Below, in pieces: positions 30,788 through 37,989 of a DNA stretch of 56,075 nt (the stretch's first letter is position 1; each line of letters begins with the position of its first letter). Both the position numbers and the translations under genes were made by a program. The DNA lies in the IMG/VR virus record IMGVR_UViG_3300021185_002716, positions 1-56,075 of that record; one strand, 5' to 3'. The notes under the pieces are model-generated. The model had not been told where the DNA came from and did not search any database. It saw only the letters and a list, made by a program, of their open reading frames with translations. Source of the DNA: a virus. Its lineage: Duplodnaviria; Caudoviricetes.

Positions 30788-31324
30788 TTATTTTGTCTTA
30801 TTTACAAGTATCTTCTTTAAAGTTCTGTTTAACCGGTAAGAACAGTTGCGATCATTCATAACACCCCTTAAAACAGAATTTTCTATTCCCAAAAAGTTTT
30901 CACGGATTAAGTCCCATGAGTTCATCTCAATGTTACTAAGTAGTTCGTCATATTTTTTAGTCATATCGTTCAAAAGTCCCTTTAATTCAACAACATCTAT
31001 AATATTAACATCACCTAATTTACCCTTACCTAGATCCGTGTCTGTTATAATCTTCAGACAAGTTGAGTAGTTTCTCCTAAATTCTTTGTCTGCTTCAGCG
31101 AGCGAAATGGCTTGCTTACAGGCATACATTATTGTGGCGTGATCTCTTTTCAACACCTTTCCAATTCTATTGTAGGGTGCACCTAAAAAATCTCTAGTTA
31201 ACTTACACAGTATAAAGCGAGCGTCTACATTATCACGAGTCCTGTCCCCGGAAAAAGGATTTGCTCCAGTTACTCTGTTGACGACATCGCCTATAAATTT
31301 CATATCTTCTTTTAGTCTACTCAT
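30788..31324 (-). CDS. DnaA C-terminal (domain IV)-like DNA-binding protein
   Basis: RTRDNVDARFIL.KLTRD...YNRIGKVLKRDHATIMYACK matches the DnaA domain IV RDHxTV signature. Confidence 0.8.
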   Translation of the reverse strand: MSRLKEDMKFIGDVVNRVTGANPFSGDRTRDNVDARFILCKLTRDFLGAPYNRIGKVLKRDHATIMYACKQAISLAEADKEFRRNYSTCLKIITDTDLGKGKLGDVNIIDVVELKGLLNDMTKKYDELLSNIEMNSWDLIRENFLGIENSVLRGVMNDRNCSYRLNRTLKKILVNKTK

Positions 31325-31393
31325 TGTTGTTTATTTTTTAAGCATAAATTCCCTGTCACATATATGTAACTAAAAAATTATATGTGGTTGATT

Positions 31394-31699
31394 TTAAACT
31401 GTTTGCAATACGCTTCTGCCTATCTCTCTTGATAAATTCCAGGAATCCGCCCAATATTTTTTTGATCTTTGCACTGACCCGTAACCGTTGGCCTTTACCT
31501 GATACCTTGATGGTACTGTGACAAAAATGTTTATTTTGATTGAGTGATAAGGCAAGTAACACGCCCCAGATTTAAGGGCTTCCTTACATGATTTAGTGAC
31601 GTTTCCGCCAATCTTCCACGCCTCTCCTGAATTGATAAGACTCTGCTGAATGTCGTATCCAAATTGCTTTTGCAACTCTTGAATTTTACGCTCGTTCAT
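31394..31699 (-). CDS. hypothetical phage protein
   Basis: 101-aa ORF, QSLINSGEAWK...LKSGACYLP...VPSRYQVK; A-rich leader. Confidence 0.65.
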   Translation of the reverse strand: MNERKIQELQKQFGYDIQQSLINSGEAWKIGGNVTKSCKEALKSGACYLPYHSIKINIFVTVPSRYQVKANGYGSVQRSKKYWADSWNLSREIGRSVLQTV

Positions 31700-31755
31700 A
31701 ATTATAGTTTTTTTTTGTAGTTATAATTAACGTCTGACATTGCTAAAATAACATT

Positions 31756-31938
31756 TTAGTCTGACATATCAAAAAATTTAACATCCGGATTTGAATTATC
31801 GTTCAACTCATTTGAATGAAAAATTATTTGTCTACCTCTGATGTTGTGAAAAATCTCTAGTATAAATTCCTCTCCCGCACCAGGATAAAGTCCCTTTAGG
31901 TTTGATATCAATTTGATATCCTTTTTATTTAAACTCAT
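31756..31938 (-). CDS. hypothetical protein
   Basis: 60-aa ORF with ATGA overlap. Confidence 0.5.
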   Translation of the reverse strand: MSLNKKDIKLISNLKGLYPGAGEEFILEIFHNIRGRQIIFHSNELNDNSNPDVKFFDMSD

Positions 31939-32318
31939 TGTTGGCTTCTTTTTAGATAATTTTTTGCTCTTCTTTCGTTCTCAAAATATATTTGATTTGA
32001 ATTTTGTCTGTAAAGTTCTTCGCTAACGTCATCCCATATTGAATACACTACCTCTCCGTCTTCAATAATCCAGTAGTCATCTCCCTCTTTAAATGGAAAA
32101 ACTATTCCCGCTCGCTCGTCTTTTATCCGCTTTACTCTTCCCATATATTTTTTAGTTTCGCTTATAAGTACCTGTACCTCCAGTAGTTGTTCACTGATAT
32201 CCTTTAGGTATTTTATTGATTGGTCAGGAGAATAATTATACTTCTTCGAGATCGTGTCGAGAATGTTCTTTTTAAGAAACTTTCCCATTTTTAAATTAGT
32301 AATTCCCATAAAACTCAT
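31935..32318 (-). CDS. hypothetical protein
   Basis: 127-aa ORF with A-rich leader. Confidence 0.6.
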   Translation of the reverse strand: MSFMGITNLKMGKFLKKNILDTISKKYNYSPDQSIKYLKDISEQLLEVQVLISETKKYMGRVKRIKDERAGIVFPFKEGDDYWIIEDGEVVYSIWDDVSEELYRQNSNQIYFENERRAKNYLKRSQQ

Positions 32319-32330
32319 ATTGTTTGTTTT

Positions 32331-32912
32331 TTAAGTTAGTGATCTTTTTAGTTCATCCCTTAACATTCCGTATTCAACCTCTAGCCACTCAACAAATTGC
32401 TTTTCTTCTCTTTTCGGTATTGCTATGGTTACCGATGATGAAAACACGTTAGTAGTTGGGCTTGAGATCACCGATACACGGACAGGACAATGGACGTGTC
32501 CATTCATAATTTCTTCTACAAGATCATTCAAGTCATGCTTCCACGGGACATCACTCCAGTAGTCCGTACCCCATCCCGACTCTATCTCCTTCCAACCATT
32601 GGACAGATCTATTTCATAGTATCCTCTCCATGCATTTGAAGATTTCCAAACCACATCATCTATTGACAAATGCTCATGATCATCCTCTCCCCAGATTTCT
32701 TCATGGTAATCGTTGAATGCCATACCTAGTCCAGGAACAAAAAAGAATTTCTTACTTTCCTCGTCTTGGGGTGACCAAGTTAGTATCTGTGTTGCACTCT
32801 CCCACATAGAATGGTAGCAGTGTTCACATATTTGGTTACCATCCTTATCAAAGGAGTGCCAATCATCTTGGTCATAAGTCTCCTCGCACGAAGTACATTT
32901 AAATTTATCCAT
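32331..32912 (-). CDS. acidic early protein with N-terminal Zn ribbon
   Basis: CTSC...CEHC; starts 30 nt after the hammerhead 1 cut site. Confidence 0.7.
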   Translation of the reverse strand: MDKFKCTSCEETYDQDDWHSFDKDGNQICEHCYHSMWESATQILTWSPQDEESKKFFFVPGLGMAFNDYHEEIWGEDDHEHLSIDDVVWKSSNAWRGYYEIDLSNGWKEIESGWGTDYWSDVPWKHDLNDLVEEIMNGHVHCPVRVSVISSPTTNVFSSSVTIAIPKREEKQFVEWLEVEYGMLRDELKRSLT

Positions 32913-32937
32913 TTTGTTTTAGTTTAAATTATTATTT

Positions 32938-33019
32938 ACAAAGACGGAGGGCTGAAAATCATGCTCGTTCAAAACATATCCCTCCGTTTCGCCTGAATCT
33001 CACAGGCTCATCAGTTTGC
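32938..33019 (-). ncRNA. type I hammerhead ribozyme HHR1
   Basis: GCAAA-CUGAUGA-GCCUG(UGAGAUU)CAGGC-GAAA-CGGAGGG(large loop)CCCUCCG-UC^UUUGU; all three stems pair; predicted cut 32943/32942. Confidence 0.9.
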
Positions 33020-33199
33020 TTATTTTTTAAAAAAGTATTTATCTTCCTTATCTATTACTTCGACTCCAATGATCTTTGATGTGCCATGATCTTTGTTTGC
33101 CTTATTCAAATAGTTGTTGAGGTGTCTATCGTCATTAAAGTCTCTCACATAAGAGCGATAGTTTCCTGACCAGTTTTTAATATCTATTCTAACCTTCAT
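33020..33199 (-). CDS. 59-aa hypothetical protein (not in ORF track)
   Basis: MKVRIDIKNWSGNYRSYVRDFNDDRHLNNYLNKANKDHGTSKIIGVEVIDKEDKYFFKK*; its stop abuts HHR1. Confidence 0.65.
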   Translation of the reverse strand: MKVRIDIKNWSGNYRSYVRDFNDDRHLNNYLNKANKDHGTSKIIGVEVIDKEDKYFFKK

Positions 33200-33211
33200 C
33201 GTTAACTTTAT

Positions 33212-33565
33212 TTAAGTTTTAATTATATCTGTTATTAATTCACACACCACATAGTAAGATGCTTTTATGCTTTGAGCATCAAACTCTTGATAAAGAATGT
33301 CATTACCTTTTACTATTAGTGACTGCCAATCTTTATCTATTGGTTGATAGTTTTTCTCGAAAGTATATCCAAGAGTTTCTATCTTTTCTATTACTGGCAT
33401 CAGCCAATCCCAAGATTTGTGAAATTGCATTGGTGCAATCGTACCATCATTGTATTTAGGTGAGTAGCATTTGTTATGATTTACCTCGTACCCCATAAAT
33501 TCTGCTATAAGTCTATTACTCCTACCTTCCATATTAATTGTTTTAGTTTTCATATTAGTATGCAC
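33212..33565 (-). CDS. hypothetical phage protein (NRLIAEFMG...FHKSWDWLMPVIEKIE family)
   Basis: Recurring phage motif recognised by eye; function unknown. Confidence 0.7.
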   Translation of the reverse strand: MHTNMKTKTINMEGRSNRLIAEFMGYEVNHNKCYSPKYNDGTIAPMQFHKSWDWLMPVIEKIETLGYTFEKNYQPIDKDWQSLIVKGNDILYQEFDAQSIKASYYVVCELITDIIKT

Positions 33566-33851
33566 TTACAGGTTTTAATTGATTTTGTTCAAACGTCTCC
33601 CATTCCCATTCGTCATCGTGAACAGTTAGACTGTGGAAATACTTCTGTAGGTTTTCAGCAATGTATTCAAGTTCATCACTTTCTCTCCAATCTTTAATGG
33701 TGCAGTCACCATCTATTCTGCCGAGCATTCCTCCACCCAAATAGTTTTGGTATGCCGTCATCTTTTCTCCAAAATACCCAAAGTTGTCAAGGGCAATCTC
33801 TATTCCTCCACCTCGGTAGGAAATCTCTTGTCTGATGATATTAAATTTCAT
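33555..33851 (-). CDS. hypothetical early protein
   Basis: 98 aa; starts 27 nt after the HHR2 cut site. Confidence 0.7.
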   Translation of the reverse strand: MKFNIIRQEISYRGGGIEIALDNFGYFGEKMTAYQNYLGGGMLGRIDGDCTIKDWRESDELEYIAENLQKYFHSLTVHDDEWEWETFEQNQLKPVSAY

Positions 33852-33873
33852 TTTGTTTTAGTTTAAATTATTT

Positions 33874-33931
33874 AACCTGACTCGATCCGGAGACCGAGTT
33901 TCGCCTGAATCTCACAGGCTCATCAGAGGTT
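33874..33931 (-). ncRNA. type I hammerhead ribozyme HHR2
   Basis: AACCU-CUGAUGA-GCCUG(UGAGAUU)CAGGC-GAAA-CUCGGUC(UCCG)GAUCGAG-UC^AGGUU; predicted cut 33879/33878. Confidence 0.95.
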
Positions 33932-34390
33932 TTATTTTTCTACAAAGTCAAACTTCTGGCGGAGGTTACCCTCGTGGATTGCAGTAGGAAATAGTTCTTG
34001 CATAAGTTCTAATTCTTCACCATACAGGAATCTGTCTCCATCTTTTTTCAATCTCTCCTCCATTTCCTTCCCGATCCAAGAGTCTTGTAGAAGTACTCTG
34101 TAAACATCTTTGCTTATGTCTTTCCAACCCCTCTCTTTATCCCAAAGAGTATCGTCTGCGTAGTCACCATCTATTGTGATATTATCACCCGACCATCGTC
34201 CGATGATCTCAGACTCCGAAGGATGGTCTCCACCTCCACGACCATTGCCGTTTGCTAGAAGTAAAGAGAGACCTTGTAGCATGCCTCTACCATCAGATGT
34301 AAATTCCATTAACTTCATACCATTCCCAAACGTGTGTGGGCTTAGGTATTCCTTTTTAGTTTTGTTGAACACTTTATAGTATTGTCCCAT
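33932..34390 (-). CDS. hypothetical early protein (MGQYY...GRWxGD family)
   Basis: 152 aa; flanked by HHR3 and HHR2. Confidence 0.75.
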   Translation of the reverse strand: MGQYYKVFNKTKKEYLSPHTFGNGMKLMEFTSDGRGMLQGLSLLLANGNGRGGGDHPSESEIIGRWSGDNITIDGDYADDTLWDKERGWKDISKDVYRVLLQDSWIGKEMEERLKKDGDRFLYGEELELMQELFPTAIHEGNLRQKFDFVEK

Positions 34391-34413
34391 GACTTTAGTT
34401 TTAATTATTATTT

Positions 34414-34477
34414 AACCTGACTCGGTCTGTATCTATTGACCGAGTTTCGTCCCATCACAGGGTACTCATCAGAGGTT
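34414..34477 (-). ncRNA. type I hammerhead ribozyme HHR3
   Basis: AACCU-CUGAUGA-GU(A)CCC(UGUGAU)GGGAC-GAAA-CUCGGUC(10 nt)GACCGAG-UC^AGGUU; predicted cut 34419/34418. Confidence 0.92.
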
Positions 34478-34981
34478 TTACTTGATTTCTGTAAAGTGAT
34501 TAATAAGCATATTCAAGCCCGAAACAATGCCTTTGTGTTCTGACATAGTGTGTGAATCGTTTACCCATTCATCATCTGAAACAATATCTATCATTACATT
34601 TTTGATATCCTGAATTGAGTAAGTCTTCTCCGAGTTATTGATAAGAGTTTTGTAGAAGTCGTACACCTCTATTACCTTGCTCATTGTTTGGTCGAAGAAT
34701 GATAATTGGTGGGGGGTGACCTTGTCCTTGTACTTATCCATAAAGACCCTTAGATACTCTACATCTAAATAAACTCCTTCAGGAAGATGACCATCGAGTA
34801 AATCATAAAGACCTCCCTCAATTCTAGTGATGGTATTATCCCAGTCATTAATTGGAATAACTTTACGAAAGGAATACTCTATACCTGAAACGTCTTTGAT
34901 TAAGCCCTTAATATGTGTTAGATGTATAGGGTCTTTTACTTTTGATGTTGGGACTTTTGGTTGTGGTTTTGTAGTTGTCAT
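34478..34981 (-). CDS. hypothetical early protein
   Basis: 167 aa; flanked by HHR4 and HHR3. Confidence 0.7.
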   Translation of the reverse strand: MTTTKPQPKVPTSKVKDPIHLTHIKGLIKDVSGIEYSFRKVIPINDWDNTITRIEGGLYDLLDGHLPEGVYLDVEYLRVFMDKYKDKVTPHQLSFFDQTMSKVIEVYDFYKTLINNSEKTYSIQDIKNVMIDIVSDDEWVNDSHTMSEHKGIVSGLNMLINHFTEIK

Positions 34982-35005
34982 GATTTTCAGTTTAAATTAT
35001 TATTT

Positions 35006-35057
35006 GACATTGACGCTCCGAAGAGCGTTTCGACCATTAAGGTCTCGTCAGAATGTC
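35006..35057 (-). ncRNA. type I hammerhead ribozyme HHR4
   Basis: GACAUU-CUGACGA-GACC(UUAAU)GGUC-GAAA-CGCUC(UUCG)GAGCG-UC^AAUGUC; predicted cut 35012/35011. Confidence 0.95.
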
Positions 35058-35068
35058 TTTAGTCTCCC

Positions 35069-35386
35069 TTATCTCATGCCCAATTGTGATCTTTGCTCCC
35101 TTTCAAAGTCAGCATCTGTGTTTGCACTGTCAATTTGTGATCTTGTAGTTGTCGTAATTTCTGTTAACTTGGTAACCTCCGTAATCCCGTCAGTCATTGA
35201 TAGACTAAAACCTGCCCGGGTCAAGTTATTGATGACACTAGCACAGCAATCTATTATTCCAATCTTAAATTCCGATGATCCAAGCCCTCCCACGAAGTTA
35301 TCTTTTGGCTTGTTGATGATGATTTTTGTTGAGTGATTTTTTGATATGATCTCAATCGCTTGTAAAAAAGTCTCTAATTTTCTCAT
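35069..35386 (-). CDS. hypothetical protein, first gene of the early operon
   Basis: 105 aa; same AAUUUAAACU.GAAAAUC-AUG leader type as the downstream genes. Confidence 0.65.
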   Translation of the reverse strand: MRKLETFLQAIEIISKNHSTKIIINKPKDNFVGGLGSSEFKIGIIDCCASVINNLTRAGFSLSMTDGITEVTKLTEITTTTRSQIDSANTDADFEREQRSQLGMR

Positions 35387-35427
35387 GATTTTCTAGTTTA
35401 AATTAATATTTGTTTTGAACGATGGTA

Positions 35428-35435
35428 CAAATATA
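35428..35435 (-). promoter_or_regulatory. Bacteroidota primary-sigma -7 element (TAnnTTTG)
   Basis: TATATTTG on the minus strand ~42 nt upstream of the 35386 start; no clean -33 TTG found. Confidence 0.65.
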
Positions 35436-35592
35436 AAACAAAAAATCAATACGTCCGACACGGCTAACTAAAATAAATCGTCTCAACAGATCTAAAATAC
35501 ATGAAATTTTTTTTTGGGGGGTAATGAACAAACGTACAAATTAGGGGGTGTTCAACTCCCGTTTACTATAGTTGGCGGGATATCGAAACTTG

Positions 35593-35664
35593 TACCTTCG
35601 GAAGGAATCGAACCTTCATCACTGGTTTAGAAGACCAGGGTTTTATCCGTTAAACTACGAAGGC
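35593..35664 (-). tRNA. tRNA-Arg(UCU), CCA not encoded
   Basis: Acceptor GCCTTCG/CGAAGGT, anticodon arm CTGGT-CT TCT AA-ACCAG, T arm GAAGG TTCGATT CCTTC. Confidence 0.93.
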
Positions 35665-35690
35665 GATTTTGGGGCGACCTTATCAAATTA

Positions 35691-36110
35691 CTATAGGCAA
35701 GTATACAAGTCCCGTATAAGGTAATTATATATGCGTCTTAACTGTATACGGCCATAGACAGAAATACAAAACTGTTGACCCTTAAATTGTTTCTTCTTGG
35801 TTAACCTGTCAACGAAACCTAATTGAAGTAGTAACTTATGTTCCCTGTAGATAGGTGTTTGATTTGATCGATTAGGTAACCAGTCCATCTTCTCACAGAT
35901 ATCAATTACATCAGGCATTGTGTAGAAGGTGAAGTCACTCTTATTCTCCGACTCTTTAATGGCACACGCTAAGAAGACCATGACCGCTCTGGACGATAGT
36001 TCACCATCGATACTTCGAAGGTATTTATTGATAGAATGTTTATGGCTGAATAACTCAACCAGTTTCTTGGCTACAACCATCAGGCAAATAGAAGGGTTAA
36101 CACAATACAA
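35691..36110 (-). CDS. winged-helix-like DNA-binding protein (start uncertain)
   Basis: IYREHKLLLQLGFVDR...FCISVYGR, MarR/wHTH-like. Confidence 0.55.
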   Translation of the reverse strand: MYCVNPSICLMVVAKKLVELFSHKHSINKYLRSIDGELSSRAVMVFLACAIKESENKSDFTFYTMPDVIDICEKMDWLPNRSNQTPIYREHKLLLQLGFVDRLTKKKQFKGQQFCISVYGRIQLRRIYNYLIRDLYTCL

Positions 36111-36839
36111 ATGGCAAGCAATTTAAATGACCATTCAATTGTTTTGTAACTGTTCTCGACCTGTCCTTTGGTCCGTCCTTGGCGGTAGTAATAATCTTTG
36201 TAATCCATCTCTTTTATTTTGTTTTAAAAGTTAGTTATCAATTTTGTCCAGGCGTTGCATCGTTAACATAAACGCATGCGATTTTTTCTTTTGACCTTTC
36301 CGAATGGTTTCCCTCTTGCAGAAAACTGTAGGAAAAATGCACACACCATGTAAAAAGGTGTATGGGTGGAACGTAAAACGCTGATAGTCAGGTGTTAGGG
36401 GTGGGTTTGTCCGAGTCCCGTTTGGACTACTTCCCAATGCCAAACTCATTTCTACAGGGTACCCAGTTCCACTTTTCTGATTCCACTCTTGTGTGTTGGT
36501 ACCCATGTATTAGGTGTAAGCCCATTGACACATCAACAATGACGTTCTGAGCAAATCTAAGAAACTTTATTTGATTTCTAATACAATGATGCCGGTTTAA
36601 TTTTTACATAACCTTAGATCCTCTTAAAATCAATTCGGGGTGTCTGAACTATGTAATATACTTTTTAATAAAATACTTGTATAATAAATAAACACTAGTA
36701 TATTATATATAATACTAGTATAGTGGGTAGCCAATTTGTCTAGCCGTGATAGCCATAATGGCTAGCAGTTAAAAACTCTGTTAAGAACTTGCTTAACAAA
36801 CTACTCTGAACAGTCGTTCATTATTTCTAACTTGCACCT

Positions 36840-37442
36840 ATGGAAATGATTGGTCAAAGACTAGCGGTCAAGATTGAGAAAAAATATAATGACGAGGTAG
36901 AGTTCTCCAATGGGGAGAAACTATTTATGGACGTTTCCTGGAATCCAGAGCATCACGTAACGATATGTGGAGAGGTCGTGGCTTTGCCTAGAGGAGAGTG
37001 GTGTAAAAATACAAGGGGTGAGTTGATCAAGCAGGAATTGCAAGTAGGCGACCTAGCCTATTTTAATTATCTGACAGTTCAGGAGGATAACCTTGTAACG
37101 GACGAAAGGAACGTCTACCTTGTCGATTTAGAAGAATGTTTTTGCTATGTAAGATCAGGAGAAATTACTGCTGTAGCAAATCATGTCCTTATAGAGCCCG
37201 ATATCATAGAGGATAAGGTGGGTTCAATTTATGTGGGTGTACCAACAAAGAGTGAGGAGGAAGGATATGTGAGGTATTTGAGTACACCTCTTAAGGACAA
37301 AGAAGAACTAGGTTTAGTTAGTGGAGATAAGGTTAGGTTTCATGAGAGAAACGCCTTTCTTAACAAAATCGAGGGGAATGAATATTATGTGATGAAGCAG
37401 GATGATTTGTTTGGAAAGGTAATAAATGGAGGGACCCTATAA
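36840..37442 (+). CDS. tandem GroES-like co-chaperonin protein
   Basis: Two GroES-like units: GQRLAVK...GEVVALP...LQVGDL and NHVLIEP...GSIYV...GDKVRF...IEGNEYYVMKQDDL. Confidence 0.75.
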   Translation: MEMIGQRLAVKIEKKYNDEVEFSNGEKLFMDVSWNPEHHVTICGEVVALPRGEWCKNTRGELIKQELQVGDLAYFNYLTVQEDNLVTDERNVYLVDLEECFCYVRSGEITAVANHVLIEPDIIEDKVGSIYVGVPTKSEEEGYVRYLSTPLKDKEELGLVSGDKVRFHERNAFLNKIEGNEYYVMKQDDLFGKVINGGTL

Positions 37443-37977
37443 CATACCAGAATGTATTTTTGAACACGCCCGACTTTATGTCGATACACGAGTGATGGCC
37501 AACAGAGATCACTACAAAAAACTTTATTGGAAGTCCAGAAGTTATCAATACAAGCACCCAATACTATTTGATGAGCCGGTAGATAACGAGTTCTACACAG
37601 ACTTTAAAGGGATCTTAGCCGAGTTATTGGTTAGGCATCATTTTGATTTAAAGGGCGTGAATTATACAACTTCAGCATTTGTAAAAGAAAAAGGAATAAA
37701 TGATCCTGACTTAATAGTTAAAGATAAAAGGATAGATGTCAAAGGTTGTGAGAGATCTTTGAAGGTAAATATGTTTACCATAGATAAGTTAGAGGTTGAC
37801 TATGTATTGTTTGTATTGTTTCTTTCAGACCATAGGTACATTCTTTTGAACTTTAAGAAGAGTGATATAAAGAAGTGGAAAGTCGTCACCATTAATGATC
37901 GTAATAAATACTACGAGTTTAAGGTAGATAAACGTCAGTTTAGATATGACACCCCCAATCAAACTACCCCCAAATAA
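37426..37977 (+). CDS. PD-(D/E)xK nuclease-like protein
   Basis: GILAE...DPDLIV...IDVKG. Confidence 0.6.
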   Translation: MEGPYNIPECIFEHARLYVDTRVMANRDHYKKLYWKSRSYQYKHPILFDEPVDNEFYTDFKGILAELLVRHHFDLKGVNYTTSAFVKEKGINDPDLIVKDKRIDVKGCERSLKVNMFTIDKLEVDYVLFVLFLSDHRYILLNFKKSDIKKWKVVTINDRNKYYEFKVDKRQFRYDTPNQTTPK

Positions 37978-37989
37978 AAAATTTTTAAA

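Noticed and set aside
32938-35057. Intergenic repeats read as a CRISPR array, terminators or attC sites
   Set aside because: The spacers are whole genes, there are no U-tracts after the stems, and the conserved bases match the hammerhead core exactly
34827-35336. 169-aa plus-strand ORF spanning HHR4
   Set aside because: Antisense to two well-formed genes with proper leaders; likely a shadow frame
36231-36506. 91-aa minus-strand ORF in the divergence region
   Set aside because: No A-rich leader, atypical composition and no recognisable motif
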